This document shows positions 12,970-25,704 of a DNA stretch of 64,000 bases, one piece after another; the stretch's first letter is position 1; every line of letters starts with the position of its first letter. This stretch comes from Squalus acanthias (Eukaryota): assembly GCA_030390025.1 (NCBI GenBank), contig CM059433.1, positions 19,842,001 through 19,906,000 on the forward strand. Reading direction: 5' to 3'. The position numbers were made by a program, and so were the translations under genes. The notes beneath the pieces are model-generated. The model searched no databases. It saw only the letters and a list, made by a program, of their open reading frames with translations, and was not told where the DNA came from.

Positions 12970-13726
12970 ATAATACTGAAAAAACATTGAAGGCAATGGA
13001 ACAGAAGATTCAAGTGTTCCATAAAGTATATTGGGACAGCTACAGACAACAACTTAAATTTAATTGTGTTTTTTAAATATAGTTGACTTACCAAAAACAT
13101 TGTAAAATCATTTTGACTCCTATATTTAAAAATGATATAAAAGTTTTGTGGGCATGATGTTCCGCAATCTCAAATAAAAAGCGTTTGCCGTTGCCCGGAC
13201 AATCGGCTTGGTGGCGAGGGGGAGGGGAGGAGTGCAGCAGCAGGGTCTCCAGGCCACTGGAGACTGATGAAGGGGTTGTTGAGTTCAGCAAGCGCCCTGC
13301 TCGTCTCCCCCATTTCACTTGGAGGTGTGGAGCGCGGTCTTAACCACACAAGGTGGGGATCCAACTCACTCTATCAACTGTGATGTGAATGTCTTGTGAT
13401 TTATTGATGCCGATTGACCTGGTGCATGCAGAGTCAGGGGCAGCAGTCACTGCAAACATGAGATAATCTCATTGTCCACCCAATTAAACATGTTCTCAGT
13501 GTTAAAACCTGCCACCTCTTCAGATAATAGCCTACTGACTGTGCAGTATGCAGTTGGATTGTAGCCATTGCTGCTACATGGATTAATATTTTGTTTTTGC
13601 TTCTAGCACAAACAATGTTCTAATAAATTAGCAGCCATTTTAACACCTAATTTCCATCTTTCCTGGTCTGTTGTGGTTTAATTACACTGGTACATTGAAG
13701 AGCGTTGAACACTTGACTTACGGGTT

Positions 13727-13835
13727 ATACAAAAGCAAAATACTGCGGATGCTGGAAATCTGAAATAAAAACAGAAAATGATGGAAATACTCAGCAGGTC
13801 AGGCAGCATCTGTGGAGAGAGAAACAAAGTTACAG
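13727..13835 (-). mobile_element. Penelope-like terminal fragment
   Basis: gcggatgctggaaatctgaaataaaaacagaaa...ctcagcaggtcaggcagcatctgtggagagag is the reverse complement of the 7095-7165 family. Confidence 0.65.
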
Positions 13836-13884
13836 GTTATCTTATCTCAAAGAAGGAAATGAATTGGCCAGAAGTCGATAACAG

Positions 13885-14230
13885 CAAAAACAACAACAAC
13901 TTGCATTTATATAGCGCCTTTAAAGTAGTAAAACATTCCGAGGCGCTTCACAGGAGCAGTTATCAAACAAAATTTTACAGCAAATCACATAAGGAGATAT
14001 TAGGGCAGGTGACCAAAAGCTCGGTAAAAGAGGTAGCTTTTTAGGAGCATCTTAAAGGAGGAAAGAGAGGTAGAGAGGCGGAGAGCTTTAGGTAGGGAAT
14101 TCCGGAGCTTCGGACCAAGGCAGCTGAAGGCATGGATGCCAATGGCGGAGCGCTTAAAAGCGGAAATGTGCAAGAAGCCCAAATTGGAGGAGCGCACAGA
14201 TCGGAGGGTTGTAGGGCTGGAGGAGGTTAT
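13885..14230 (-). mobile_element. L2 LINE 3' end
   Basis: acaacaacttgcatttatatagcgcc tail; minus strand AFSCLGPKLRNSLPKALRLSTSLSSFKMLLKSYLF. Confidence 0.9.
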
Positions 14231-14239
14231 GTTCCAGAA

Positions 14240-15290
14240 AGAGTAACGGTCAAAAGCAGAGCGAGGCCGGCCTGCGAGTGACGCGACAGTGGGGCCACCG
14301 ATCCACCTACTCCTGCTCCTATTTCTTACCTTCTTATGTCAGTAATCGGTTAGCGACGGCCGAATGCACTTCCTGTCCGGGTGTAAAGGTCGCGGAATGC
14401 ACTTCCTATCCGAGAGCAAAGGTCGGTGAGGGGCCGGGGCGGGAAAAAATAGCAACTCGTGATTTCTTACCAAATCTCATGATTTTTAAGAATTTGTCTC
14501 ATGATTTATGAGACGGTGGGGTAGGCATTACTGGGAACCTGACAAGCAAACAATGGAGACCTGAAGTAATCGGGTTATGCTGGGCCGTCGCCATTTTTTG
14601 GGGGGGTTCCACCAGTTTCCTGTTGAAGTCACGGCGGGAGATCAGAAAAAATATGCAAAATTTCAGGGCCAATTTATTTTTTCAAATGCAGTCCTACCCA
14701 CTTGTGCCGACATGTTGGGGATGCTTCTGATTTGGAAGACGTAAGCATTTTGTCGACATAAGCAAGACAAGTCAGCAGATTTGCATTTCCGTCCCACCAC
14801 GCATCTCCTTTGCAGTGTTATTTCAATTGTCTTTCCTGAAATTCCGGGCCGGGAGAGTCAATCACTTGTGGCTTTGCTTTCTCGGCATAAACACGGCTCC
14901 GAATAAGAGAAAAATTATTTACTACTTGGGATATATAATTGACATCTCACTTTCACCCTCCCACTCTCTACCCTAGAATCTGATCGACTTTTTTGTCAGT
15001 TGTTTGCGGCTTCTCAAACCAACCTCGAAATAAAAGTTACAAGCAATGTTTTTGTTTGCCCGAAACCAGTACTTGTCAAGCGGGTAGAGTTAGTCACCCA
15101 ATCCTCAAATGTAGCCGGAACTGCGCAGAATCCTGGGAGTTATAGGCAGATGGCATCATCCACGTCTTCTCAAAGGACGACCGAAGGAGAAAAGACTACA
15201 ATCCCAAAGGACAAAGTGACAATAACGTTCTTCATGTTGCTTCTCCTCCCGGTTTTTGTAGATTTATCTTCATGAAAACAAGGGCCGGTC
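14240..15290. promoter_or_regulatory. CpG-rich promoter-like region (ETS, GC-box and ZNF143/SBS-like motifs)
   Basis: Tandem cacttcct-containing 33-bp units at 14361-14425, then donor TCG|gtgagg and ggggcggg. Inverted pair of ACTACAAnTCCCA-like motifs at 15134-15146(-) and 15194-15206(+). Confidence 0.45.
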
Positions 15291-15409
15291 AACATTAGTG
15301 GTAATATAAGAAGGTATTTAATATTGTTAGGGATTTAAAAGATTTGTCAAAGTAAGTCCTCCAGAGTTTCTGTCAACTTCAACAGAAACAGTAAATATTT
15401 GGTATTTTT

Positions 15410-15860
15410 AAAAATTCATTCTTGGGATTTGGGCATGCAGCTGGCAAGGCCAGTATTTATTGCCCATCCCGAGTTGCCCTTGAGAAGGTGGTGACGAGCC
15501 GCCTTCTTGAACCGCTGCAGTCCGTGTGGTGAAGGTACTCCCACAGGGCTGTTAGGGAGGGAGTTCCAGGATTTTGACCCAACGGTGATGAAGGAACGGC
15601 GATATATTTCCAAGTCAGGATGGTGTGTGACTTGAAGGGGAACTTGGAGGTGGTGGTGTTCCCATGTGCCTGCTGCCCTTGTCCTTCTAGGTGGTAGAGG
15701 CCGCGGGTTTGGGAGGTGCTGCCGAAGAAGCCTTGGCGAGTTGCTGCAGGTGCATCTTGTAGATGGTACACACTGCAGCCACGGTACGCCGGTGGTGGAG
15801 GGAGTGAATGTTTAAGGTGGTGGATGGGGTGCCAATCAAGTGGGCTGCTTTGTCCTGGTG
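15410..15860 (-). mobile_element. Crack/Zenon-like LINE 3' fragment
   Basis: Minus ORFs: LNIHSLHHRRTVAAVCTIYKMH; SFITVGSKSWNSLPNSPVGVPSPHGLQRFKKAARHHLL. Confidence 0.8.
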
Positions 15861-16845
15861 CAGAGAAGAGACCGAGACTTCACCTATTTGTTGAAAAAGG
15901 CAGGAAGTCGACATAAACAGGTTTGAGATAAGCGGGTAGGCCTGTACTATGGTTTTTTTTAACTTATTTAAGGTCACTTCTGTTGCATGCAACTATTATG
16001 ACAACACATACCCGAATCCAAATTCCACGATCGTAAGTCCTAGCAGCATTGTTAATAGGGAACTGAAAATACCAAGGATGCTTGTATAGACTGAAAATCT
16101 TTGTCATCCGTTTTTTGTACTTTTTTTTTTAACTGGCACCTTTCTTCAACTCCCCACTACTCTTGATCTGCGTTCATCTAATTTATTTTCCAGGTTCTGT
16201 TCCAAATGTTCTTACAGTCGTCTGTGAAGCTGGCACCGTAACAAAATGGCCAGCTGTTTCTGTCATGCAGCCTTACACCTTCTGCTGTATCAATTCTCGC
16301 CTTGGATGTTTTGTTTAATTTGAATCTCCTTGGAGATTAACCAGCATTAAATCTAAGAAAGCCTTGGTTTTAATGTGAAACCTCATTATTGCAAACTGAT
16401 ATTACAAACCATTTTGTCGTGAGGCGGCATTGCTGAAATTGATAACTTTATCCAAGTCAGGGATCTTTATCGTTTCACTGTCATTTCACTCAGCGGTCTG
16501 GCCCATCACACACATCCACAAGTGCACTGCAACTTATATTACTGTTGGCACTGTGGCTTCGATATGAAACCCATAAAGCTACGTTGCTTTTGAACATTAC
16601 ACGATCACGTATGAATATGTCAGCACAGCTGTAGTTTGTATAGTTTGTTTTATATTTAACCAAAAGATCACAGCTTTCAGTCAACTTAAATAACTCAAAT
16701 GAAATAAACTGTGCTGATCTCTCCAGTGCTAACTGTGACAAAGAAAACAGAAATATCGGCAAAAGGGAAAGAGAGAAAAAGAAAGGAGGAAAAGGATAAG
16801 AATACATTAATAAAAACAGGAAATGCTGGAAACACTCAGCAGGTC

Positions 16846-17080
16846 ATAAGAACATAAAAACATAAGAAAAAGGAGCAGCAGTAGGCCATATGGCCGCTCG
16901 AGCCTGCTCCGCCATTCAATTAGATCATGGCTGATCTTCTACCTCAACTCCACTTTCCTGCCCTATCCCTATATACCTTGATTCCCTCAGTGTCCAAAAA
17001 CCTATTGATCTCAGTCTTGAATATACTCAATGACTGAGCATCCACAGCCCTCGGGGTAGAGAGTTCCAAAGATTCACAAT
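16846..17080 (-). mobile_element. CR1 LINE 3' end
   Basis: cataagaacataaaaacataag tail; high similarity to 775-1010. Confidence 0.9.
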
Positions 17081-17480
17081 CAATGTTCCCTTTTATTACT
17101 TTTTTGGGTGCACGGCCCCTTTAAGGGGCTGCGCAGCCCATTCAAATTTCCACGCATGTGTGTTTTTTCCCATTGTGAAGCCGGCAAGATTGGACCCCCT
17201 CTCAGGGTCGGGGATCGGACCCTCCCCGAGGTATGGGATCAGACCCCCCCCCCAAACCCCCCACACTCCCACTAACAGCTGCAGGCTCCTTAGCTGCTCC
17301 TGCAACCTCCTCCAGAGTGCTCTCCGCTCGACTATCAATCAGGCTGACTTCCGGGCAGGGATATTATCTAAAAAAAAGACACATGCTGTGGAGTCAAAAC
17401 TCCACAGCATGCAGGGAAACCCATCCTGACCGAAACTCCTCGCCCGAGGTTATGAAACCCGCCTCTGTCAAAATCGGGGC
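17081..17480. mobile_element. hAT MITE left end joined to a Harbinger-MITE-like right end
   Basis: Starts caatgttccct... like 44290; ends ctgtcaaaatcggggc. Confidence 0.5.
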
Positions 17481-18609
17481 TAACATTTCAGGTCAATGAC
17501 CTTTTGTCAGAACTGGAAGATGTTAGAGATGAACAGCTTTTTAGCAAGTACAGAGGTAGGGAAAAGGGGGCAGGGAAGAAACAAAGGGGAAAGGTCTGTG
17601 ATAGGGTGGAGGGCAGGATTGATTAAATGACAAATAGATGATGATGCATGACAAAAGGGGGAGATAATGGAACAAGTACAGATACATTAATGCCATTTAG
17701 CCAAGCTCGATCGCCAAAGTGATGCTTTTAATCATACTTAGTTTCTGTGGAGTAAGTGTGTGCCTCGGGTACATAGTTTTCCACTGAAATCCTCACACTT
17801 GTGTTTAGTTCATTGTTGACTGCTCTGCAGTCTAGCTGGAACTGGAAGGGGATTAGATGTCAATGAATTTAAACAAGTGATACACTTAGTTCTCCAGTGT
17901 AAACATTAGAAATTGTCACCTCTGCATGTCTGAAGTATTGGCGCCTGACCAAGAACTCTGACTGTTTTCTTAAACATGTCGCTCTGAGGAAATATGCCAG
18001 GAGAAGGCAGAGAAATCAGACAGTTCAATCTAAATTGTTCAGAATAAGACAACAAGAAGGAAGGGCTATACAGCAAATGGGCTAAAATAGATCTAAAAGA
18101 TATACACACACACACAACTCTGTGAAAAGCCCCGAATTGTAAATGTACCAAAAATATTAATTATCCAATACTTTAAATTGAGATATGTAAATAACACAAC
18201 TAAGTGGAAATTTAGTGTTAAAAAATATAATTATCAAATAATTTGAATTAAGTGACTTAAGAAGAGTGGTTTGTGCACGGCTCCAATGCATAATCTAATA
18301 AGCATTTGTTATAATACTTATGCCATTAAAGTTCCATTATAGGTAAGAAGCTCAGACTTCAATGAGGTCAAATTTTAACTGAGTCACACCAATTTTAAGA
18401 ATGAGGTTTGACTGTATTTCAAATATAATGTACCGTACACTAAATGTGTTTATCATTTTTTTTAAGTGTATTTTTTTGAATTCAAGACCAGAGAGTACAG
18501 TAAAACAAATCTGCAATACTATGCGTTATTATTTATTGATCTGTTCATATTGACAAAAAGCAACAAAAATCTGCATTTATATAGCACGTTTAACATAGGA
18601 GAATACACA

Positions 18610-18930
18610 TAGGCTAGACGTCCCCGTTTTCTGGGGACAGTCCCGGATTTGGGAATGTGTCCCCGGGCAAACAATGTCCCCAGAAGAGCCCCCGGTTTAA
18701 AAATCTCGTCCCCGATACTGAGTCGTTGATTTTTTCAATGCTAATGCACAGAAACCCGTTTCTCGGAGATTCTCGGCCCGTTTGAGTTCAGGACTGAATT
18801 CCTGGAGCGGGTTGAATAGGGGTTTAAATGGCGGCCCTGCCTTCCCACAATGCAATGCGGCTGAGAAAAGGCCCTATCTATAGCTCTGGCCGCATTGCAC
18901 TGTATGGGGATTGAAAATATGGTCACCCTA
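18610..18930. mobile_element. hAT-type MITE (TAGGGTGACCA-type terminus)
   Basis: Right end atatggtcacccta; left end degenerate taggctagacgtcccc; repeated gtcccc subterminal motifs. Confidence 0.6.
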
Positions 18931-19050
18931 ACATTCTGTATCCAATTTACTTCACCTGAGGAAGGAGTGATAGCTCCGAAAGCTTGTGATTTCAAATAAA
19001 ACTGTTGGACTATAACCTGGTGTTGTGCGACCTCTCAATTTTGTCCACCC
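18931..19050 (+). mobile_element. Penelope-like pLTR fragment with intact-looking minimal hammerhead core
   Basis: ttcacctgaggaaggagtgatagctccgaaagcttgtga...aataaaactgttggactataacctggtgttgtg. The whole insert 18600-19050 is flanked by a taacatagg direct repeat (18591-18599, 19051-19059). Confidence 0.75.
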
Positions 19051-19225
19051 TAACATAGGCATGAGTTTGCTTAAAGAGGTAGGTTTACATGGTGGAGGGG
19101 GGGGGGGGGCGGTGGTCTTAAAGAAAGAGAGGGAGATAGAGAGGCAGAGAGGTCTAGGAAGGGAATTTTAGAGTGTGGGGTGCAGGCAGCCAAAAGCACT
19201 GCCGCCAGTAGTGAGTTGAAGGGAG

Positions 19226-19545
19226 AACATAAGAACATAAGAAATAGGAGCAGTAGTCGGCCGTACAGCCCCTCGAACCTGCTCCGCCATTAAATAAGAT
19301 CATGGCTGATCTTTGACCTCAACTCCACTTTCCTGCCCTATCCCCATATCCCTTGATTCCTCTAGAGTCCAAAAATCTATCTATCTCAGCTTTGAATATG
19401 CTCAATGACTGAGCATCCACAGCCTTTTGGGGCAGAGAATTCCAAAGATTCACAACCCTCAGTGAAGAAATTTCTCCACATCTAGGAGACTATGACCCCT
19501 AGTTCTAGACTCTCCAGCCAGGGGAAACAATCTCTTAGCATCTGA
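19226..19545 (-). mobile_element. CR1 LINE 3' end nested in L2
   Basis: aacataagaacataagaaataggagcag tail; similar to 16846-17080. Confidence 0.9.
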
Positions 19546-21117
19546 TGGATGTACAAGAGCCTGGAGTCAGAGGAATGAAGAGTTTTAGGGCGTTAGGTGC
19601 TGCACTGGAGAAGGTTACAGAGGTAGGGAGGGGTGAGGCCACAAAAGGATTTAACACAAGGATGACAATCTGAGGTATTGGCCGACTCGAAGCCTATGTA
19701 GGATGCAGTGGAGGGGGAGGATGATGCAGAGTTTTGGATAAGCTAAAGTTAACGGAAGGTGGATGATAAGAGACGCGTTAGGGGAGCAGTGGAATAGTTG
19801 AGTCTGGAGTTGACAAAGGCGTGGATAAGTACTTCAGTGACAGATGGGCTGAGGTAGGGGCAGAGGTGGGCGATGTTACAGAGGTGGAAGTAGACGATCT
19901 TTGTGATGGTGAAGATTTGGGTTGGCAGCTCGACTCAGTGTCAAATAGAGTGCGCAGGTTGTAAACAGCCGGGTTCAGCTGGGGAGGAGGATGGAGTTGG
20001 TGGCTTTGGTCATCAGAATGGTTAACTGGCAAAAATTGCGGCTCATCCAAAACCGGATGTTGAACAACCAATCTGATATCACAGATGCCGTGGAGGGGTC
20101 AAGAAGTAGAGCTGGGATGCCAGTCGCCTAACATGGACAAAATCACGGAGAGTATCATTTGTGACTTTGGAGAGGGCCATTTTGGTGCTGTAGGAGGCAC
20201 AGAAACCTGATTGGAGGGATTCAAACAGGGAGTTGTAGGAGGAATGGGCACGGATCTGGGGAGTGAGAACACGCTCACTGGACTTTGGACAGGAAAGGAA
20301 GGTTGGAGATAGATCAGTAGTTTGCAAGCATAGAACAGTCAAGGGTGGATTTTTTGACAGAGGGTGATGACAGCCGTTTTGAAAGAGAAGGGCATAGTGC
20401 TTGAGAAGAGGGAACCATTTAAAATGTCACCTAGCCTGAGTATGTCTATCGTGGTGACAAATAAGTGGGTAGGAGATTCTGCGTGGTGAGAAACACAAGG
20501 ATGTTGTTGGAGATGGCTTTGTTATTGATTGAGACCATGGAGTAGGGAAGCCATGGGAGATGGTAAGGTTGTGCGAGCGGCCATGAATATGGGTGGGAGA
20601 GTTTATATGGACAGAGAGGTTTAGGGAGCACAGAGGAAAGTTGGTAAGGGGAGCTGAGATCGAGATTGAAATCACTGAGAATGAGGAGTCGCTCAGTGTA
20701 GACGCTGAGGGAGGAAAGGGGACAGAATATGTTGGAGGGAAACTTGGGGCGGGGCTATCATGGAATAATATTTCCCATGGTGGGAAATATGCAATAAATC
20801 TGTACTGAATTAAAAATCATACATCTGTATGAACTTCCTGTCTCTAAAACCTTATTTCCTGTTGTCATGTTTTTGCTACACTTTTGTGCCAACTTTTCTC
20901 TATATCCACATTTAGAATGGAAATCGCATATGTAAACCTGTGGCACTGTAATTACACCCTTCCACCAGTGATGCCCTTTGTAGACTTATTTCCAATGCAG
21001 TAATGTCGTGTGCTCCATTGCCATGTTGCATATAATACTTTGTTCTGAATTCAGTCAGTTTGTTTTCTCGCATTTTTAGTTGGAGTCTCCCCCTGGTGCC
21101 ACACATTACAAACATAC

Positions 21118-22955
21118 AAAATAAAGGAAAATCCCAAGGTGTTTTATAAGTATATTAAGGGCAAGAGGATAACCAGGGAAAGAGTAGGGCCCATTAGGAA
21201 CCAAAGTGGCAATCTGTGTGTAGAGCCAGAAGATGTAGGTGGGGTTTTAAATGAATATTTTGCATCTGTGTTCACTATGGAGAAGGACGATGTAGGCATC
21301 GAAATCAGACAGGGGGATTGTGATATACTTGAACAAATTAGTATTGAGAGGGAGGAGGTACTAGCGGTTTTAGCGGGCTTAAAAGTGGATAAATCCCCAG
21401 GCCCAGACGAGATGTATCCCAGGCTGCTGTGTGAGGCAAGGGAGGAGATTGCAGGGGCTCTGACACAAATTTTCAGAACCTCTCTGGCCACAGGGGAGGT
21501 GCCAGAGGACTGGAGAACAGCTAACATACCATTATTCAAGAAGGGTAGTAGGGATAAACCAGAGAATTACAGGCCAGTGAGCCTAACATCAGTGGTAGGG
21601 AAATTATTGGAAAAAATTCTGAGGGACAGAATTAGTCTCCACTTGAAGAGACAAGGATTAATCAAGGATAGTCAGCATGGCTTTGTCAGGGGGAGATCAT
21701 GTCTGACCAATTTGATTGAATTTTTTGAGGGAGTGACTAGGTGCGTGGATGAGGATAGTGCAGTTGATGTAGTCTACATGGACTTCAGTAAGGCTTTTGA
21801 CAAAGTCCCGCATGGGAGACTGGTCAAGAAGGTAAGAGCCCATGGGATCCAGGGGCAACTTGGCACATTGGATCCAAAATTGGCTTAGTGGCAGGAGGCA
21901 GAGGGTGATGGTCGAAGGTTGTTTTTGTGACTGGAAGCCTGTGTCCAGTGGTGCACCACAGGGATCAGTGCTGGGTCCTTTGCTGTTTGTAGTGTACATA
22001 ATGATTTAGATATGAATGTAGGAGGTATGATCAGTAAGTTCGCAGATGACACGAAAATTGGTGGGGTGGTAAATAGCGAGGAGGGAAGCCTCAGGCTACA
22101 GGACGATATAGACGGGTTGGTTAGATGGGCAGAACAGTGGCAAATGGAATTTAACCCTGAAAAGTGTGAGGTGATGCATTTTGGGAGGACTAACAAGGCA
22201 AGGGAATACACAATGAATGGTAGGACCCTAGGAAGGACAGAGGATCAGAGGGACCTTGGTGTGCATGTACAAAGATCACTGAAGGCAGCAGGACAGGTAG
22301 ATAAGGTGGTTAAAAAGGCATATGGGATACTTGCCTTCATTAGCCGAGGCATAGAATATCAGAGCAGGGAGGTTATGATGGAGCTGTACAAAACGCTAGT
22401 TAGGCCACAGCTGAATACTGTGTGCAGTTCTGGTCGCCACACTATAGGAAGGATGTGATTGCATTGGAGAGGTTGCAGAGGAGATTCACCAGGATGTTAC
22501 CTGGGCTGCAGCGCTTCAGTTATGAAGAGAGACTGGACAGGCTGGGGTTGTTTTCCTTAGAGCAGAGAAGGCAGAGGGGGGACCTGATTGAGGTGTACAA
22601 AATTATGAGGGGCATAGATAGGGTAGATAGAAAGGAACTTTTCCCCTTAGTAGAGGGGTCAATAACCAGGGGGCATAGTTTCAAGGTAAGGGGCAGGAGG
22701 TTTAGAGGGGATTTGAGGAAAAACTTTTTCATCCAGAGGGTGGTTGGAATCTGGAACTCACTGCCTGAGAGGGTGGTAGAGGCAGGAACCCTCACAACAT
22801 TCAAGAAGCATTTAGATGAGCACTTGAAACGCCATGGCATACAAGGCTATGGACCAAGTGCTGGAAAATGGGATTAGAATAGACAGGGCTTGATGGCCGG
22901 CGCGGACACGATGGGCCGAAGGGCCTCTTTCTGTGCTGTATAACTCTATGACTCT
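21118..22955 (+). mobile_element. 5'-truncated CR1 LINE ORF2 (RT) with frameshifts, plus 3' UTR
   Basis: ORFs 21139-21888, 22012-22458 and 22422-22877: KSPGPD, NYRPVSLTS, QHGF...SCLTNL, DFSKAFDKVPH, KFADDTK, WNSLP; tail ctctatgactcta. Confidence 0.97.
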
Positions 22956-24130
22956 ATATGAACAATGGCAGACAGGAAAAGACCCTCTGGCCCATCCAGC
23001 CTGTCCCACACAATTGTGATGGAGGCCGCGATTTTGCCGCCGCTCAGAGAGCGGGTTTGGAGGCGGGTCAGAGGTTAAATTCGATTTGATTGACGGCGGG
23101 TTTCCGAATCCGCCGTCAACCCGCCTCCAAACAGCTTTCCCAAGTGTTGGGTCCCCGATTTGCGAATGGACCCGACACCTAGCGGCGGGAAGCAGATTAA
23201 AGGCAATTACCTGCCTATTAACAGGTACTTGCCAGTAGTTTTCAGCCTGTTTTTGGATTTCCCCGCTTCTGGGTCGGGTTTCCTGACGTCCGGACACCAC
23301 GCCAGGTAAGTGTGGCATGTTGTGAGTCTGTTCGAATGTTTGTGAAAAGATGACAGCTGCAGAAGTGGTGTGATGGATCCAATGTTGCACATGGTCAGTT
23401 TCAGAGCAAAGAAAATGTTGGGAAATGCATTTTTAAACCATTTACAGATTTCTTTAGTTTACAAGTTTTTAAATCCAACTGTATGTCCAGTGCCACCTCA
23501 TTGGGAGAACCTCTCTCACCAGTGACAGATCGCTTCTGTCACCTCACCTGCAGCTGCCATCTATTCCAGCATATGGAGGGAGTCATTGGAGAGCCTGGGC
23601 GCAAGAGTTCACCTTTGTGCAGTGATTGTCAGTGTTTTCAGCACCTCAATGCTGTCAAACACTGAGAAATCAACTGTCAAAATAAAATTATGCATGGCCC
23701 CTTTAAGGAAACCGGCAGATGACGCGTCATCAAATGACGTCATCAGACCCGCTTCCTGTTAATTGGCCGGCAAGCCCGCAGGGCGGGCTTAACAAGGTCA
23801 ATCAAGGGAAAATCACGTCTGTGGAGCGGAGGCAGCTGGGGGCGGGACTGGAACCCGGAAAACAGCTGTCCCGCACCCATCCCGACACCGTTCACAAAAT
23901 CGCGGCCGGACACTCTCCATCCCACCCAAAACCAGGTGATCTCCTCGGAGAGGCGGAAAAACAGGGAAAAACCCAGTCCAATTTGGGAAAAGAAAATCTG
24001 GGAAATTCATCTCCGACCCCTCTTAAGCGATCAAAACTAGTCGAGGAGATCACTCTGGCCTTCATAATTCTATGCAGTTCCTACCTTTTTTATGAGGTGA
24101 TCTCCGCCCGAGCCAGAAACAGGTCCAGCT
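22956..24130 (-). mobile_element. CR1-type LINE long 3' UTR fragment, interrupted by a MITE
   Basis: Colinear with 63265-63600 (gacaggaaaagacc...ccatccagcctgtccca...gatctcctcggagaggc). Confidence 0.65.
23024..23907. mobile_element. Harbinger-type MITE, 13-bp perfect TIR, GGA TSD
   Basis: gga|ggccgcgattttg ... caaaatcgcggcc|gga; interior related (inverted) to 2980-3300 and to 48241-48500. Confidence 0.9.
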
Positions 24131-24299
24131 GTGAGAAAGTACTTCAGAATTTTGGCATTGCCCTGGTATTTTCCCTGAGGAGTCTTTTTTAGTCAGCTAA
24201 TTAACAATTTCTGATTTTCAAAGATTTCTTTGCTCATTTATTTTTGGCACCAAACTTCTCATTTCAGACCAGGGTTTTTTTTTGTCTTCTTTGGTATCA

Positions 24300-25080
24300 A
24301 AATGCATCTGTCACCATCTCTCTTTGTAGTTGAAACTGCATTCCAAAGGAACCATCTGTGTATTCCACTGGGTGAATGCAATCCTTGATATGAATTTGAA
24401 GAGTGGCATTTTATAATGCAGGGAATTCTACCATCAAATGTGAGAAGGAAGAAGGAATAACTTTGGAGTACAGGGTTCAGGAACGGAAATGTAACGCTTG
24501 ACGTAAGAGACTTCCTTCTGTGTACTTGATCAGGTAAGAGAGGAGAACTGGTGTGGTAGGAGGATATTGGGCCCATCTCGGGGTGATACAACACATTTGT
24601 TTTTCCTATTTATTTGGTTTTTTTGGAAGGAAGGATGCAGGGATATATGTTGGATTTCATGTGAACATTTGCACTGTGCTCGGTGATGATGATATTGCAC
24701 GTGTTGGGCTGGATACCACCTATGCTTATACTGTTGAATGTTTCCTCTTGTACAACAAAAAGCTGAAAAAGAGTTCAACTTGCTTTGCAAAGATTGAATC
24801 TGCTGATATGATTGGCAGGTATTGAATCCTGTAATTTGACCTTTCCAATGACAGATGGTCACCAACTGTGACCTTTCACCATCAAAGTGTGGCAAGTGCC
24901 ATAGCTACACCAAGAAAACTGTGCCTCTCAAGAATGGGATGAAAAGAAAATAGAAACCTTACTGTCAAGGAATCATGGCTTATCAGTCTCTCTGGATCAA
25001 TTCGTCTATCTTGCAAATGATATGGATTGGTATTGTAATTAGTTAATGAAAGACTTTATTGCGAATAATTTGCTTCCTAT
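24300..25080 (-). pseudogene. Very degenerate Penelope-like RT / GIY-YIG remnant (tentative)
   Basis: Minus-strand pieces in the expected order across frames: SFIN*.NTNPYHLQ, FLDSKVSI, SIPANHISRFNLC, TCNIII...KSNIYPCI...*IGKT. Confidence 0.35.
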
Positions 25081-25704
25081 TTTATGTAACATTTTATATT
25101 ACTGTTGTAACTGGCCAAACTTCAAGATGGACTGGATTGAAGGTGTCTTGGTCTGCAAGCATGCCAAAGTCTCCAGGAAGCTCTTGAAGCTTTGGGGAGC
25201 ATGTTGGAGAGATGCTGAAAGTTTTTTTTAATGTGACGCTTTTGCTAAATGTTCCACATCTTGGTCTCTCTCCACAGAGTGATGGGCACTTTGCCAATCT
25301 CCAAAGCTAGACATGAGTTAAGTCTCAAATTTGCCTGACTAGGTTTAATGTACTACTTTGTTATACCATTTGTTTAATGTAGATAAGTGTAAAATACTTA
25401 GCCTGGCAGCAAGGGACCAGAAGAGTAATTTGTGTGGAATAATGGTACAGTGCACTGATCAGGAAAGATTTATAGGGGTTATAGTGGATAAATCTAGAAA
25501 ACCATCAGCTCAATGCTTCGCTGCTGTAAAAAATAGCAAATAAACCCCATTAGCAAAGACAATACAAATCAAAAACGGTTGTAGTATTGCTGCATCCTGC
25601 ATTGGCAAGACTCTATTTGGAGGATTATGTGCAGTTCTGGTTGATAGATATTGGCGCAGAATTTGCTGGAGTGGGGCATAGAAGTGTGAGGTTACACCCA
25701 TCAG

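Larger units (their letters stand above)
16808..17680 (-). mobile_element. Penelope-like terminus split by a CR1 3' end and a DNA-transposon composite
   Basis: 16808-16846 (ctggaaacactcagcaggtca) resumes at 17481 (taacatttcaggtcaatgaccttttgtcagaactgg). Confidence 0.6.
18558..20750 (-). mobile_element. L2 LINE (3' tail, RT and endonuclease remnants) with nested insertions
   Basis: ctgcatttatatagcac tail; minus ORFs FESLQSGFCASYSTKMALSKVTND and HINSPTHIHGRSHNLTISHG. Confidence 0.85.
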
